This document shows positions 1 to 8,572 of a stretch of 64,000 bases of DNA, one piece after another. Source of the DNA: an uncultured Pseudomonadales bacterium (GTDB taxonomy: Bacteria; Pseudomonadota; Gammaproteobacteria; Pseudomonadales; JANQJO01); NCBI GenBank assembly GCA_964510525.1, contig CAZECE010000141.1, forward strand, positions 9,338 to 73,337. Direction: 5' to 3'. Positions within the stretch are counted from its first letter, which is position 1. Every line of letters begins with the position of its first letter. Both the position numbers and the translations under genes were made by a program. A model generated the notes under the pieces. The model did no database searches. It saw nothing but the letters and a program-made list of their open reading frames with translations, and was not told where the DNA came from.

Positions 1-1
1 G

Positions 2-589
2 CAACGGATAGAAGTCGTTCGTGACGTGATGGGCGACCAAGCGTTATTGATGCTCGATTTATACAATGCCATGGATAATTTAGGGCAAGCGGTTCAATTT
101 GCAGAGATGGCCCAAGCGTATAACCCTTACTGGATAGAAGATCCCTTTAAGCCAGATGATATCGATAATTTTACGCGTTTATCCCAGCGAATCAAAACGC
201 CTTTGGCAACGGGTGAGTTTCATTACAGCCCTCATACTTTTCGTTCCATTATAGATTCTGGAGCTGCTCAAATCATTCAAGCGGAAGCACCTAGAGTGGG
301 TGGTATTACTCAATGGCGTAAAATTGCTGCCTTGGTGTCTGGTAGCGGTGCTGCGGTGAATCCTTGTTGGTTCCATCAATTGCATGCACAGTTGTTGCCT
401 AGTGTGAGCGGTGGTGAATTTGTGGAATATTTCCCTGATAACTCTGTACTGAACTTTAATCGTTTGATTAAAGGAGATGAAATGACCTTGGATAATGGTG
501 TTCTACATCTTAGTAAAAAAGCCGGTATCGGTTTCGATTTTGATGAAGATGTAATCCAATCGTTTGAACATGAAACAATTCGGTTCTAA
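2..589 (+). CDS. Mandelate racemase/muconate lactonizing enzyme (enolase superfamily) protein, 5'-truncated by window edge
   Basis: Frame is open from base 2 (QRIEVVRDVMGD...). Contains the metal-ligand motifs LMLD, WIEDP, LATGE and the QAE..VGGIT segment of the enolase-superfamily barrel. Confidence 0.85.
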   Translation, partial: QRIEVVRDVMGDQALLMLDLYNAMDNLGQAVQFAEMAQAYNPYWIEDPFKPDDIDNFTRLSQRIKTPLATGEFHYSPHTFRSIIDSGAAQIIQAEAPRVGGITQWRKIAALVSGSGAAVNPCWFHQLHAQLLPSVSGGEFVEYFPDNSVLNFNRLIKGDEMTLDNGVLHLSKKAGIGFDFDEDVIQSFEHETIRF

Positions 590-876
590 TTGAAGTGTAA
601 TATTTAATTCGCTCACAACATCTGATCTTTTTGGAAAAACAAGCCAAAGAATATGATCCAACAGGAGCGTTTAGAGCGCAGTGGGCAAACGGGTAACCAT
701 TGAAAATGGCCTTTAAAAATCAATAATCTTCCTTCCAGCTTAATTCAAACCCATCGGCTCCTGAGGTATTTAATTCACTGCACTAGCAATTAATTGATCG
801 AAATAGCGGGCAACTCAGCAAAACTCTCGCATTGAACGTTTCTACAGAGCATAGAATTATCAGTTAGATCAACAGG

Positions 877-1170
877 TTATTTATAGCCTCGACCATAGCC
901 ACCGCCATAGTATCCGCCGTTATCATGGTTGTCGCCTCGGCCATAGCCACCGCCATAGTATCCACCATTATTATGGTTTTGGTTTTCGACTTTATCGGAT
1001 TGGGTAACTGTCTTTGTTGATTCGGGTGACGTTATTAGATTGGCATCTTTAATATTTGCGAGGTTGTTTTTGATGGGTTTTCGTAAGGTAACTCCGGCGG
1101 AAGCTTTGAGTAATCCACCTATGCTAAGCGTCGTCACAGCTCCCGCGACTATCAAGCGAGCTATTTTCAT
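877..1170 (-). CDS. Small secreted Gly/Tyr-rich repeat protein
   Basis: From ATG 1170: signal-peptide-like MKIARLIVAGAVTTLSIGGLLKASA and a C-terminal duplicated NHxNGGYYGGGYGRG. The ORF track starts further upstream, at 1236. Confidence 0.6.
   Translation of the reverse strand: MKIARLIVAGAVTTLSIGGLLKASAGVTLRKPIKNNLANIKDANLITSPESTKTVTQSDKVENQNHNNGGYYGGGYGRGDNHDNGGYYGGGYGRGYK
886..978. repeat. 48-bp near-perfect tandem duplication encoding the GGYYGGGYGRG repeat
   Basis: 886-930 aligns to 934-978 with a few substitutions. Confidence 0.9.
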
Positions 1171-1275
1171 TCTTGAAATGCTTTTAGAATTACTATTTAC
1201 CTCTGCAATATCTTTATAACCTTCCTTTTCCTCCACTTTCCGGGGTTAAAGGCCAATCCAAACCAAGGAAAATGT

Positions 1276-3216
1276 TTGTATCGTTCAGCCGATAAACTCG
1301 GTTTTGACCTTACCAATATTGATACAAGAATCATTACAAAATCACTAATGAGGCAAAGGCATGTAGAAAATATAACGATACCCAAATATTTAGAACTTTT
1401 TGAGGAGCGCAAAGCATTTTTGCTTCGGTGGAATTCAAATGGAAAGATTGACCCTCAAACATTAGGAAACTTTATTGGTCAGAGTTATTTCTATGAATGG
1501 GCTAACCCCATGATCCCCCTTATTAAAAGGGTAGCACCTTCGGAAAACGGTTTTGCTGCAATATTGTTTCATTCTGATGAAATGGATGATATCTATTGGA
1601 AACAAAAACCACCGTTACCTGTTATAACCTATTCGTTGCCGAAGCATTTAAAAAACAGTACAGACTTTATTTTGATACCTAACCCTTATGACATGTGGGG
1701 GATTAGTAAAGAGCAAGTTAGTGCAGCAGCCTACGCAAGGATCCCCTTTAATGAGAGAATTAATAAAATAATATGGCGAGGCGGCCTTCATGGCAATTCC
1801 GAACGAAAAGGTGAGCCCCAGCGGATTGAATTGTTAAGACTAGCTAAATCAGCTAAATCAGCTAAAAATCACGATTGGCTGGATGCATATGAATCGGGGT
1901 CGGGAAATCATCGCCATGGCCTTGAAATAAAAGATCAATTGAAATACAAATATCATATTGATATAGGTGGGGTTTCTGGAACAACCCGGAGCGCGTTGCG
2001 TTGGAAGCTTGCTTCAGGGTCTCTCGTCTTTAAAGTTGATAGTGACAATATGGATTGGTGGCATGATGAATTAAAACCTGGGGTTCACTACATTCCTGTC
2101 AAAAAGGATCTGAGTGATTTACATAGTCAATGGAGATGGGCTGAGGATCATCCCGAACTGGCAGAAAAGATAGCCCAAGCTGGTAAAGAAAAGTGCTTAG
2201 AGAGCTTGACTCATAAAAAAATGTTCGAATTTGCTGTACAAGCGTACCGAAAAGTCCCTGCTCTTTCTGTGAAACAAATCGATGCCGTTTCAACTTTTAT
2301 GCAGACTTATCTACCTAAGTCAAAAAGTGTGCCTAAGAGTACCCAAATACCTACAAACATTGATTTTCTTAAAGAGATTTACAACTCTGAATCGCCTTTG
2401 ACAATTAATAGTAATAACCGATGTTTATCCGATATAATTGATGAAATTGATTTAACTACAAATGTAGGATCATGTGGGCAAACTAAATGTTATTTTCCCA
2501 CGACAAATCCATCTGAAGGTTGGCTTATCTCCAATCATAAAGAACCTCTAAATTTAGATTTGCGATTTTCACTCAACCCTTTTAGTTTGGCTACTACGTG
2601 GCAAGCTAGTTGGATGCTAGCGAAAGCCCTAGAAGAAAAATATGGGATTCGCCACCTTATGCTCGAAGCGCCGGAAATTTTAAATAATGGCGCAGTGCTG
2701 TCTGAATCTGAAAAAGAGCTACTGGATGCTTCTATTCAAAAGAACCCAGAAAGTCCAGAAGGTTTTAGAACGCTAGCCTCGTATCATGGGCCAGTTATTG
2801 TTCAAAAAGTAAAGCCTGCTCCTACACCTTATATACAGCTTAAACCAGAAAACTTTAATTTCGAACCCCATGAAGAAAAATCATTTCGTTATAGCCATAG
2901 TCAAATACTTAGACTTATTCAAAAAATTGACAATGCTGATGAAAAAGAGAGTTTTGCGAAACAGTTTGAAAAAGATATACAGACGACTTTATCCATTCTG
3001 AAAGATAATCCTTTTTTTGCTGAGGATTTTCACATTATCGTCGATAAAACTGGCAAGGTGTATCATTCAGACTTAGACGGACGCTTTGAGTATGCATGGT
3101 GGAGCCCCACTAAAGTAGGAGACCTATCGTCATCCATAATGGTTGATCATGTCAAAACTTATTTAGAGAATTGGTTAGATTATGTAAAGGCCAAGACTAA
3201 ACCAGTTTCGCACTGA
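1276..3216 (+). CDS. GT90 (CAP10/POGLUT-like) glycosyltransferase fused to a C-terminal domain of unknown, possibly kinase-like, function
   Basis: GT90-type motifs IIWRG, KYKYHIDIGG, LKPGVHYIPVKKDLSDL and WAEDHPELAEKIAQAG. The last ~290 aa are unrelated and end in DFHIIVD...YHSDLD. Confidence 0.75.
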   Translation: MYRSADKLGFDLTNIDTRIITKSLMRQRHVENITIPKYLELFEERKAFLLRWNSNGKIDPQTLGNFIGQSYFYEWANPMIPLIKRVAPSENGFAAILFHSDEMDDIYWKQKPPLPVITYSLPKHLKNSTDFILIPNPYDMWGISKEQVSAAAYARIPFNERINKIIWRGGLHGNSERKGEPQRIELLRLAKSAKSAKNHDWLDAYESGSGNHRHGLEIKDQLKYKYHIDIGGVSGTTRSALRWKLASGSLVFKVDSDNMDWWHDELKPGVHYIPVKKDLSDLHSQWRWAEDHPELAEKIAQAGKEKCLESLTHKKMFEFAVQAYRKVPALSVKQIDAVSTFMQTYLPKSKSVPKSTQIPTNIDFLKEIYNSESPLTINSNNRCLSDIIDEIDLTTNVGSCGQTKCYFPTTNPSEGWLISNHKEPLNLDLRFSLNPFSLATTWQASWMLAKALEEKYGIRHLMLEAPEILNNGAVLSESEKELLDASIQKNPESPEGFRTLASYHGPVIVQKVKPAPTPYIQLKPENFNFEPHEEKSFRYSHSQILRLIQKIDNADEKESFAKQFEKDIQTTLSILKDNPFFAEDFHIIVDKTGKVYHSDLDGRFEYAWWSPTKVGDLSSSIMVDHVKTYLENWLDYVKAKTKPVSH

Positions 3217-3260
3217 ATTAATTGGTTGTGAGCAGCAGAGCCCGCGTATGTATGTCCTGT

Positions 3261-4214
3261 CTATTGTCTCAATGATTTTTTTGCCATTATCTTTTTTTGC
3301 AGGCGTTTTTGGTATGAATTGAGTGATTCTTGGTTAATACTTGAAAGGTCAAAAATGTCTACTTGTTTGTTTGGGTTAAACAAATAACCCGCAATTATTT
3401 TATACGCATCGCGATCTAGCAGCGCTTGCTCAAAAAGTGAAATATTATTGGGTGAATGCTTAGGTGCTGTGCCAATGAGTTGCCAGTTTTCAATGATGTT
3501 TAAGGTGTCAGGGTTGCTGTGCTCGATGACGCCAATCGTCCCTGAATACGGCCATGCTTTGATAATGTGGTGCTCTATCGCTTTTTCAAGGCGCTTATTG
3601 TACTCGGCGATAGGTTCTAGTTTGAGACAGGTGCCAGGACACTTTTTTAATTGATAACCAAAACACCCGCGCTTGGTTTTTTCGAGTCCGAGTATTTTTT
3701 TACACAGTTGATGCTTGTCGGCCAGCGTACACAAATGTTTCTCTGCGTGAGTTTTTGATCGATACCATCCAAATGTATCAGTGCCGAAAGTATCAGAGCC
3801 AAAGTTATCCTTGATGGGGTTAGGGGGCCAGGGCGCTTCACCCAAATATGGTATCAATAACGCTTCCCCCGTTTGTGTATCTTGCTTTGTCTTTAAGTGC
3901 CAAGTATAAACTTTTTGAGTTTTGCGCAGTCGACGATTAAAGAGTGGGTTCAGTTGTTTTATGCGCATGCTTTCAAGCAGCAGAGCGCTCAACTCGCTGG
4001 GCGTTTCTTCGTAGGTGATGGATTGTGTGGCGTTGATAATTTTACGTTCTTTGAGGTCTGTTTTTGCATCATAAATATGACTTAACACTCGCTTTCGAAT
4101 GTTAATGCTTTTGCCAATATAGACTGGGCGCTCGTCTCGGCCGCGAAAAAAATAAATGCCGGTACTGTCTGGCAGCGATTGGGTATCAAGAGACTTGCTT
4201 GTTGGTGTGGTCAT
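3261..4214 (-). CDS. cho: UvrC-homolog excinuclease (Cho-like GIY-YIG nuclease)
   Basis: GIYFF...VYIGKSINIRKRVLSH GIY-YIG motif, ALLLES, PLFNRRLR and Cys cluster C..CFGYQLKKCPGTC. Confidence 0.8.
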   Translation of the reverse strand: MTTPTSKSLDTQSLPDSTGIYFFRGRDERPVYIGKSINIRKRVLSHIYDAKTDLKERKIINATQSITYEETPSELSALLLESMRIKQLNPLFNRRLRKTQKVYTWHLKTKQDTQTGEALLIPYLGEAPWPPNPIKDNFGSDTFGTDTFGWYRSKTHAEKHLCTLADKHQLCKKILGLEKTKRGCFGYQLKKCPGTCLKLEPIAEYNKRLEKAIEHHIIKAWPYSGTIGVIEHSNPDTLNIIENWQLIGTAPKHSPNNISLFEQALLDRDAYKIIAGYLFNPNKQVDIFDLSSINQESLNSYQKRLQKKIMAKKSLRQ

Positions 4215-4670
4215 TTACCAGCTGCCATGGTTTGGCATGGTATTCCAAGGCGCTTGAGGGGGCAGGGCGTCGCTTTTTTGCAGCAGTTCAATGGAAACGC
4301 CATCTGGGGATTTAATGAACGCCATGTGCCCATCTCGAGGTGGGCGGTTAATAATAATGCCGGCATCCATTAGTTTTTGGCAGGTCTCGTAAATGTTGTC
4401 GACTCGATAAGCCAAATGCCCAAAATTGCGTCCAGAGGTTAAGTCTTCCTGTTGCCCTTCCTCATCAGGCCAATTGTAGGTGAGCTCCAGCAAGGGGGTC
4501 TTGCGGCTGTTGGCGGTATCGGCGTGATGAGGGTCGGATAAAAAAATGAGGGTAAATCGACCTTTTTCGTAGGCTTTTCGTGATATTTCTACCATACCTA
4601 AATGTTCGCAAAAGAACGTTAATGAGTCTTCTAAATTCGTGATACGCAACATCGTATGCAAATATTCCAT
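4215..4670 (-). CDS. gloA: Lactoylglutathione lyase (glyoxalase I)
   Basis: YLHTMLRI, LLELTYNW, NFGHLAYRVDNIY, AFIKSPDGVSIELLQ. Confidence 0.92.
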   Translation of the reverse strand: MEYLHTMLRITNLEDSLTFFCEHLGMVEISRKAYEKGRFTLIFLSDPHHADTANSRKTPLLELTYNWPDEEGQQEDLTSGRNFGHLAYRVDNIYETCQKLMDAGIIINRPPRDGHMAFIKSPDGVSIELLQKSDALPPQAPWNTMPNHGSW

Positions 4671-4815
4671 GTGTATTCCTTGGTTTCTTTACTGGAGTGA
4701 GCCAATAGGCTGTTGTGCTAAACAACCTCTATACTACTAAATCTATACTACTAAAGTCTGTGATCGAATAAAGTTTGTATTAAAAAAACGACGGTACGGT
4801 TTGTAATACCGTGTT

Positions 4816-5727
4816 TTGAGAAATCATGATATGTCGATAGAGTTGAGAGATCTGTTTCTGGAATTAGCCACCTTGGTTGAGTCGGGCATTTCCGTGCAAG
4901 AAGCTTGGCAGCGATCCCGATTTTCAGCGCGTTACCCTCAGGTGTTATCAAAATTAAATCGTGGTGAGTCTTTGTCTCATGCGTTAGAAACCGCTGAGAT
5001 TGTCAGTCGAGGGGATGTGGCGATGATCAGAGCGTCGGAAACCTCGGGGCAACTGAGTCGCGCGCTCAAACAACTTGCATTACAAAGCGAGCAACGCCAG
5101 CGCTTTTTGCAGCAGCTAAAAGCGCGGTTGGTTTTGTTGTATGCGGTGGTCGCGATTGCGGCTTTTGCAGGGGGAGTGCTTTACGTTATGCGGGGGACGG
5201 GCGATTTGGCGGCTTATTTTTTGATGAGTGGCGTTAAGTTGGTTGTTTTTTATTTTTTGATTAAACGACTTTTAACGCTGTTGGCCAAAGATGCGGCGTG
5301 GTGGTGTTCGATCTGTTGGCCGCTGGGTTTGATGAAAGCCAAAAGTCCTCAGCTGCTGTTTTCAGTGGCGTGGTTTAAAGTGTTTGCTTGGCAGTTGCAG
5401 TCAGGGTTGGATGCGGTCGCGGCTGTGCGCAGTCTAAAGCCGATGCTTTCTAATTCGACTTATCAGGCTGCAGTGGATCGAGCGACTCAGCAGCTTGAAA
5501 TGGGGCAACCGATAGCGCAGAGCTTGATGGCATCGGGTTTGGTGTTTCATGCTTCGCTGAAAGCGGCCCTGATCTCAGGGGAAGGGAGCGGGTCTTTGGT
5601 TTCAAGCTTGGATCATCAAGTGGCGTTATTGGAGCAAGAGCTGCAGTTAAAGCGAAAAGAGTTGTTAGTGTGGTTGCCGGGGGTATTGTATGGGGCTACT
5701 CTGTTGTTTGCACTGAGTTTTATATGA
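4816..5727 (+). CDS. Type II secretion system F / PilC-family inner-membrane platform protein (orphan, short)
   Basis: Two T2SSF-like repeats (IRASETSGQLSRAL; LISGEGSGSLVSSL), each followed by a hydrophobic segment. The start may be the ATG at 4831. Confidence 0.75.
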   Translation: MRNHDMSIELRDLFLELATLVESGISVQEAWQRSRFSARYPQVLSKLNRGESLSHALETAEIVSRGDVAMIRASETSGQLSRALKQLALQSEQRQRFLQQLKARLVLLYAVVAIAAFAGGVLYVMRGTGDLAAYFLMSGVKLVVFYFLIKRLLTLLAKDAAWWCSICWPLGLMKAKSPQLLFSVAWFKVFAWQLQSGLDAVAAVRSLKPMLSNSTYQAAVDRATQQLEMGQPIAQSLMASGLVFHASLKAALISGEGSGSLVSSLDHQVALLEQELQLKRKELLVWLPGVLYGATLLFALSFI

Positions 5728-5780
5728 TGACAAATTGATGACAAATTGATGACAGTTTTATCTTGATGACAGTTTTATCG
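5725..5780. repeat. Four direct copies of TGATGACA (two 11-bp units then two 17-bp units)
   Basis: tgatgacaaat x2 followed by tgatgacagttttatc x2, just upstream of mpl. Confidence 0.9.
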
Positions 5781-5821
5781 TTAAGGACCAAAGGCGTTAA
5801 GAATAAAGAGGAGGGCCGGTT

Positions 5822-7207
5822 GTGCACGTACACATTTTAGGAATTGCGGGCACCTTTATGGGGGGCATCGCGGCTTTGGCTAAAAGTTTAGGGCATCGGG
5901 TAACGGGCTGTGATAAGGCGGTTTATCCACCAATGAGTGATCAACTGCAAGCACTCGGTATTGAATTCGTAGAAGGGTTTGATGAGGAGCAGTTAGGCTT
6001 AAATCCTGATGTTTTTATCGTCGGCAATGCGATCAGTCGAGGTAACCCTTTATTGGAAGCGATCTTAAACCAAGGGTTGCGCTACACCAGTGGGCCGGCT
6101 TGGTTGGCCGAGTATGTGTTGCAAGACCGTTGGGTGGTCGCTGTTTCAGGCACTCATGGTAAAACGACAACTTCCAGTATGGTTACGCACATCTTAAGAG
6201 AGGCGGGATTGCAGCCGGGGTATTTGATTGGCGGCGTTGCAAAAGGCTTTGATAAAACCGCTGAGTTGGGCGAAACGCCTTTTTTTGTCATCGAAGCCGA
6301 TGAATACGATACGGCGTTTTTTGATAAACGATCTAAGTTTGTTCACTATCGACCGCGCACGTTGATTATCAACAATCTTGAATTTGATCATGCGGATATC
6401 TTTAACGATTTAGCCGCGATTCAAACCCAGTTTCATCACCTGGTTCGCATCATTCCCAATAACGGGCAGGTGATTTCATTTGAAGGGGTTGAAACGATCG
6501 AAGAGGTCATTGAAAAGGGGTGTTGGACACCCAGACTCAAACTAGCAGAAGTGCCTGAGGGTAATAATAACGTCGGGCCTAATAGTGTGCAGTATCGGAA
6601 AGTCAGTGAGGATGGTCGTGTTTTTGAGGTGATGTCCGCGATGGATGTTGGACGTGTAACATGGTCATTAACGGGGGATCATAATGTTCAAAACGGGGTC
6701 GCCGCGATTGCCGCTGCTCGGCATGTAGGGGTGCCTTTAGCCGATGCGGCTCAAATTCTCGGTCAGTTTGAGGGCGTTAAGCGTCGTATGGAGCTTATTG
6801 CCGAAGGCAATGGGTGTTATGTGTACGATGATTTTGCACATCACCCAACGGCTATTAAAACCACGTTAGAAGGCTTGCGAGCGCACTTGGATCAGGGAGC
6901 TGAAAAGGCGTTTCGTATTTGGTGTGTGATTGAACCATGCTCAAATACCATGAAATCTGGGCTGCATCGTGATGCGTTGTCGAGTGCTGTTCAGGCCGCA
7001 GATAAAGTGCTTTTTTTCTTGCCGCGTGACATGGGGTGGGAGCCGATTGCCGATCCTCATAAACAGCACGTTTTTAAAGAGGCTGAAGCAATTTGTCAGT
7101 TAATAAAGCAAGAAATAGCCGTTGGCGATCATATCGTGTTAATGAGTAACGGCGCTTTTAAAGGGGTGAGAGATACCTTGCCAGGTGTGCTTGGGTTAGC
7201 TTCTTAA
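5822..7207 (+). CDS. mpl: UDP-N-acetylmuramate:L-alanyl-gamma-D-glutamyl-meso-diaminopimelate ligase
   Basis: MHVHILGIAGTFMGG, GTHGKTTT, EADEYDTAFFDKRSKF, DDFAHHPTAI. Confidence 0.97.
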   Translation: MHVHILGIAGTFMGGIAALAKSLGHRVTGCDKAVYPPMSDQLQALGIEFVEGFDEEQLGLNPDVFIVGNAISRGNPLLEAILNQGLRYTSGPAWLAEYVLQDRWVVAVSGTHGKTTTSSMVTHILREAGLQPGYLIGGVAKGFDKTAELGETPFFVIEADEYDTAFFDKRSKFVHYRPRTLIINNLEFDHADIFNDLAAIQTQFHHLVRIIPNNGQVISFEGVETIEEVIEKGCWTPRLKLAEVPEGNNNVGPNSVQYRKVSEDGRVFEVMSAMDVGRVTWSLTGDHNVQNGVAAIAAARHVGVPLADAAQILGQFEGVKRRMELIAEGNGCYVYDDFAHHPTAIKTTLEGLRAHLDQGAEKAFRIWCVIEPCSNTMKSGLHRDALSSAVQAADKVLFFLPRDMGWEPIADPHKQHVFKEAEAICQLIKQEIAVGDHIVLMSNGAFKGVRDTLPGVLGLAS

Positions 7208-7216
7208 GTTAAAACA

Positions 7217-7277
7217 GGGGTAGTAGGGTTAACAGTAGGGTTAACAGTAGGGTTATGAGTAGGGTTAAGGGTTAGGG
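7217..7277 (+). repeat. G-tract tandem repeat (12-bp GGGTTAACAGTA-like units), potential long-loop G-quadruplex
   Basis: GGGG tagta GGG ttaacagta GGG ttaacagta GGG ttatgagta GGG ttaa GGG tta GGG. Confidence 0.8.
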
Positions 7278-7539
7278 AAAGGCATAACGCCCTGTTTTGG
7301 TATACAAAAAACTTTAATATGTATCCTCTGTTACGAAAATGATGCAATTTATACCAACGTTTATTCGAATAGTGTCTATTATGTAGAAATGTCTGGCGTT
7401 TCATGCTGGTTTTGCGAGATTATTGGATTTTCGTCTTGTGGCGAGGTTTGATTTTTTACGCACTCATTTGCTAAAGTGAACGCTCAAATTGAACAGTTTA
7501 AAAACAATTATTGGTCGTATAAAAAAGTGGGGCTCTGAA

Positions 7540-8523
7540 ATGCCAGAAAAAAAGGCTGCGAGTAAATCAACGAAAAAAACGTCTGCCCAAGCGCCTGCGG
7601 CCAAAACAAAAGCACCTGCGGCCAAAACAAAAGCACCTGCTGCTAAAGCCAAAGCCGCGGCAAGCAAATCAACAACCACCAAATCGAAATCCACAGCCAG
7701 CACATCAAAGACAGCTCCAGCTAAGCCAAAAAGCACGAAAGTAAAAGCACCCGCGGCCAAAACCGCAGAAAGCAAAGCCGCAGAAAGTAAGTCAACAACA
7801 ACTAAAACGAAAACAACTAAAGCTAAAAACACAGCAACGAAAACCGCAGCAGTGAAAGCACCAAGCAAAACGGCAGCGGCTAAATCAAAACCAACGGCCA
7901 AATCATCGGCCAATAAGACCACAGCCAAGAGTACGGCTAAGAAGGATGTTATGGAAGATACTGCATTACTTGAGCCTCAAAAATTGACCGAAAAGCCTAA
8001 AAAGAAATCAGCAGCCAAACCTAAAGCAGTAGCCAAATCTAAAGAGACGGCTAAATCAAACGACTCCGCTAAACCAAAAAAAGCAGCGGCCAAAAAATCA
8101 GGCTCTGATTCCACTGAGCCGGTTTTTACTCCCTATGAAACAGCAGTCGATGAAGATTATATGAATGATGAGCAGCTTCAGCACTTTTCAGGGATATTAA
8201 ATGATTGGAAGCAGGAATTGATGCAAGAAGTGGATCGCACGGTCCATCACATGCAAGATGAATCAGCTAACTTGCCCGACCCTGCTGATCGCGCTAGCCA
8301 AGAAGAAGAGTTTACTTTTGAATTGCGCACTCGAGACAGAGAGCGAAAATTAATCAAGAAAATTGATCAGTCACTTGAAGCCATTGAATCCAAAGACTAC
8401 GGGTATTGCGACTCTTGCGGTGTAGAGATTGGGGTCAAGCGCCTCGAAGCGCGCCCTACGGCTACTTTGTGCATTGATTGTAAAACGTTAGATGAAATCA
8501 AAGAGCGTCAATTGAAAGGCTAA
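7540..8523 (+). CDS. dksA: RNA polymerase-binding factor DksA with a long Lys/Ala/Thr/Ser-rich N-terminal extension
   Basis: [18 protein letters not shown] coiled-coil tip and C4 zinc finger CDSC...CIDC. ATG 7540 is preferred over TTG 7489. Confidence 0.92.
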   Translation: MPEKKAASKSTKKTSAQAPAAKTKAPAAKTKAPAAKAKAAASKSTTTKSKSTASTSKTAPAKPKSTKVKAPAAKTAESKAAESKSTTTKTKTTKAKNTATKTAAVKAPSKTAAAKSKPTAKSSANKTTAKSTAKKDVMEDTALLEPQKLTEKPKKKSAAKPKAVAKSKETAKSNDSAKPKKAAAKKSGSDSTEPVFTPYETAVDEDYMNDEQLQHFSGILNDWKQELMQEVDRTVHHMQDESANLPDPADRASQEEEFTFELRTRDRERKLIKKIDQSLEAIESKDYGYCDSCGVEIGVKRLEARPTATLCIDCKTLDEIKERQLKG

Positions 8524-8572
8524 GGTTTCTGAGCCTTTCTGACGCCCTCTCCTGTGACATAAATCAAAAGGT

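Noticed and set aside
4710-4725. LexA box upstream of gloA-cho
   Set aside because: CTGT-N8-ACAA misses the essential final G of CTGT-N8-ACAG, so it is not supportable without a genome-specific matrix.
7204-7404. 66-aa ORF ending in PTVN repeats
   Set aside because: Arises from the G-tract repeat; no recognisable family or supporting signal.
7464-7928. 154-aa hydrophobic ORF antisense to dksA
   Set aside because: Shadow of the Lys/Ala-rich codons of the dksA extension.
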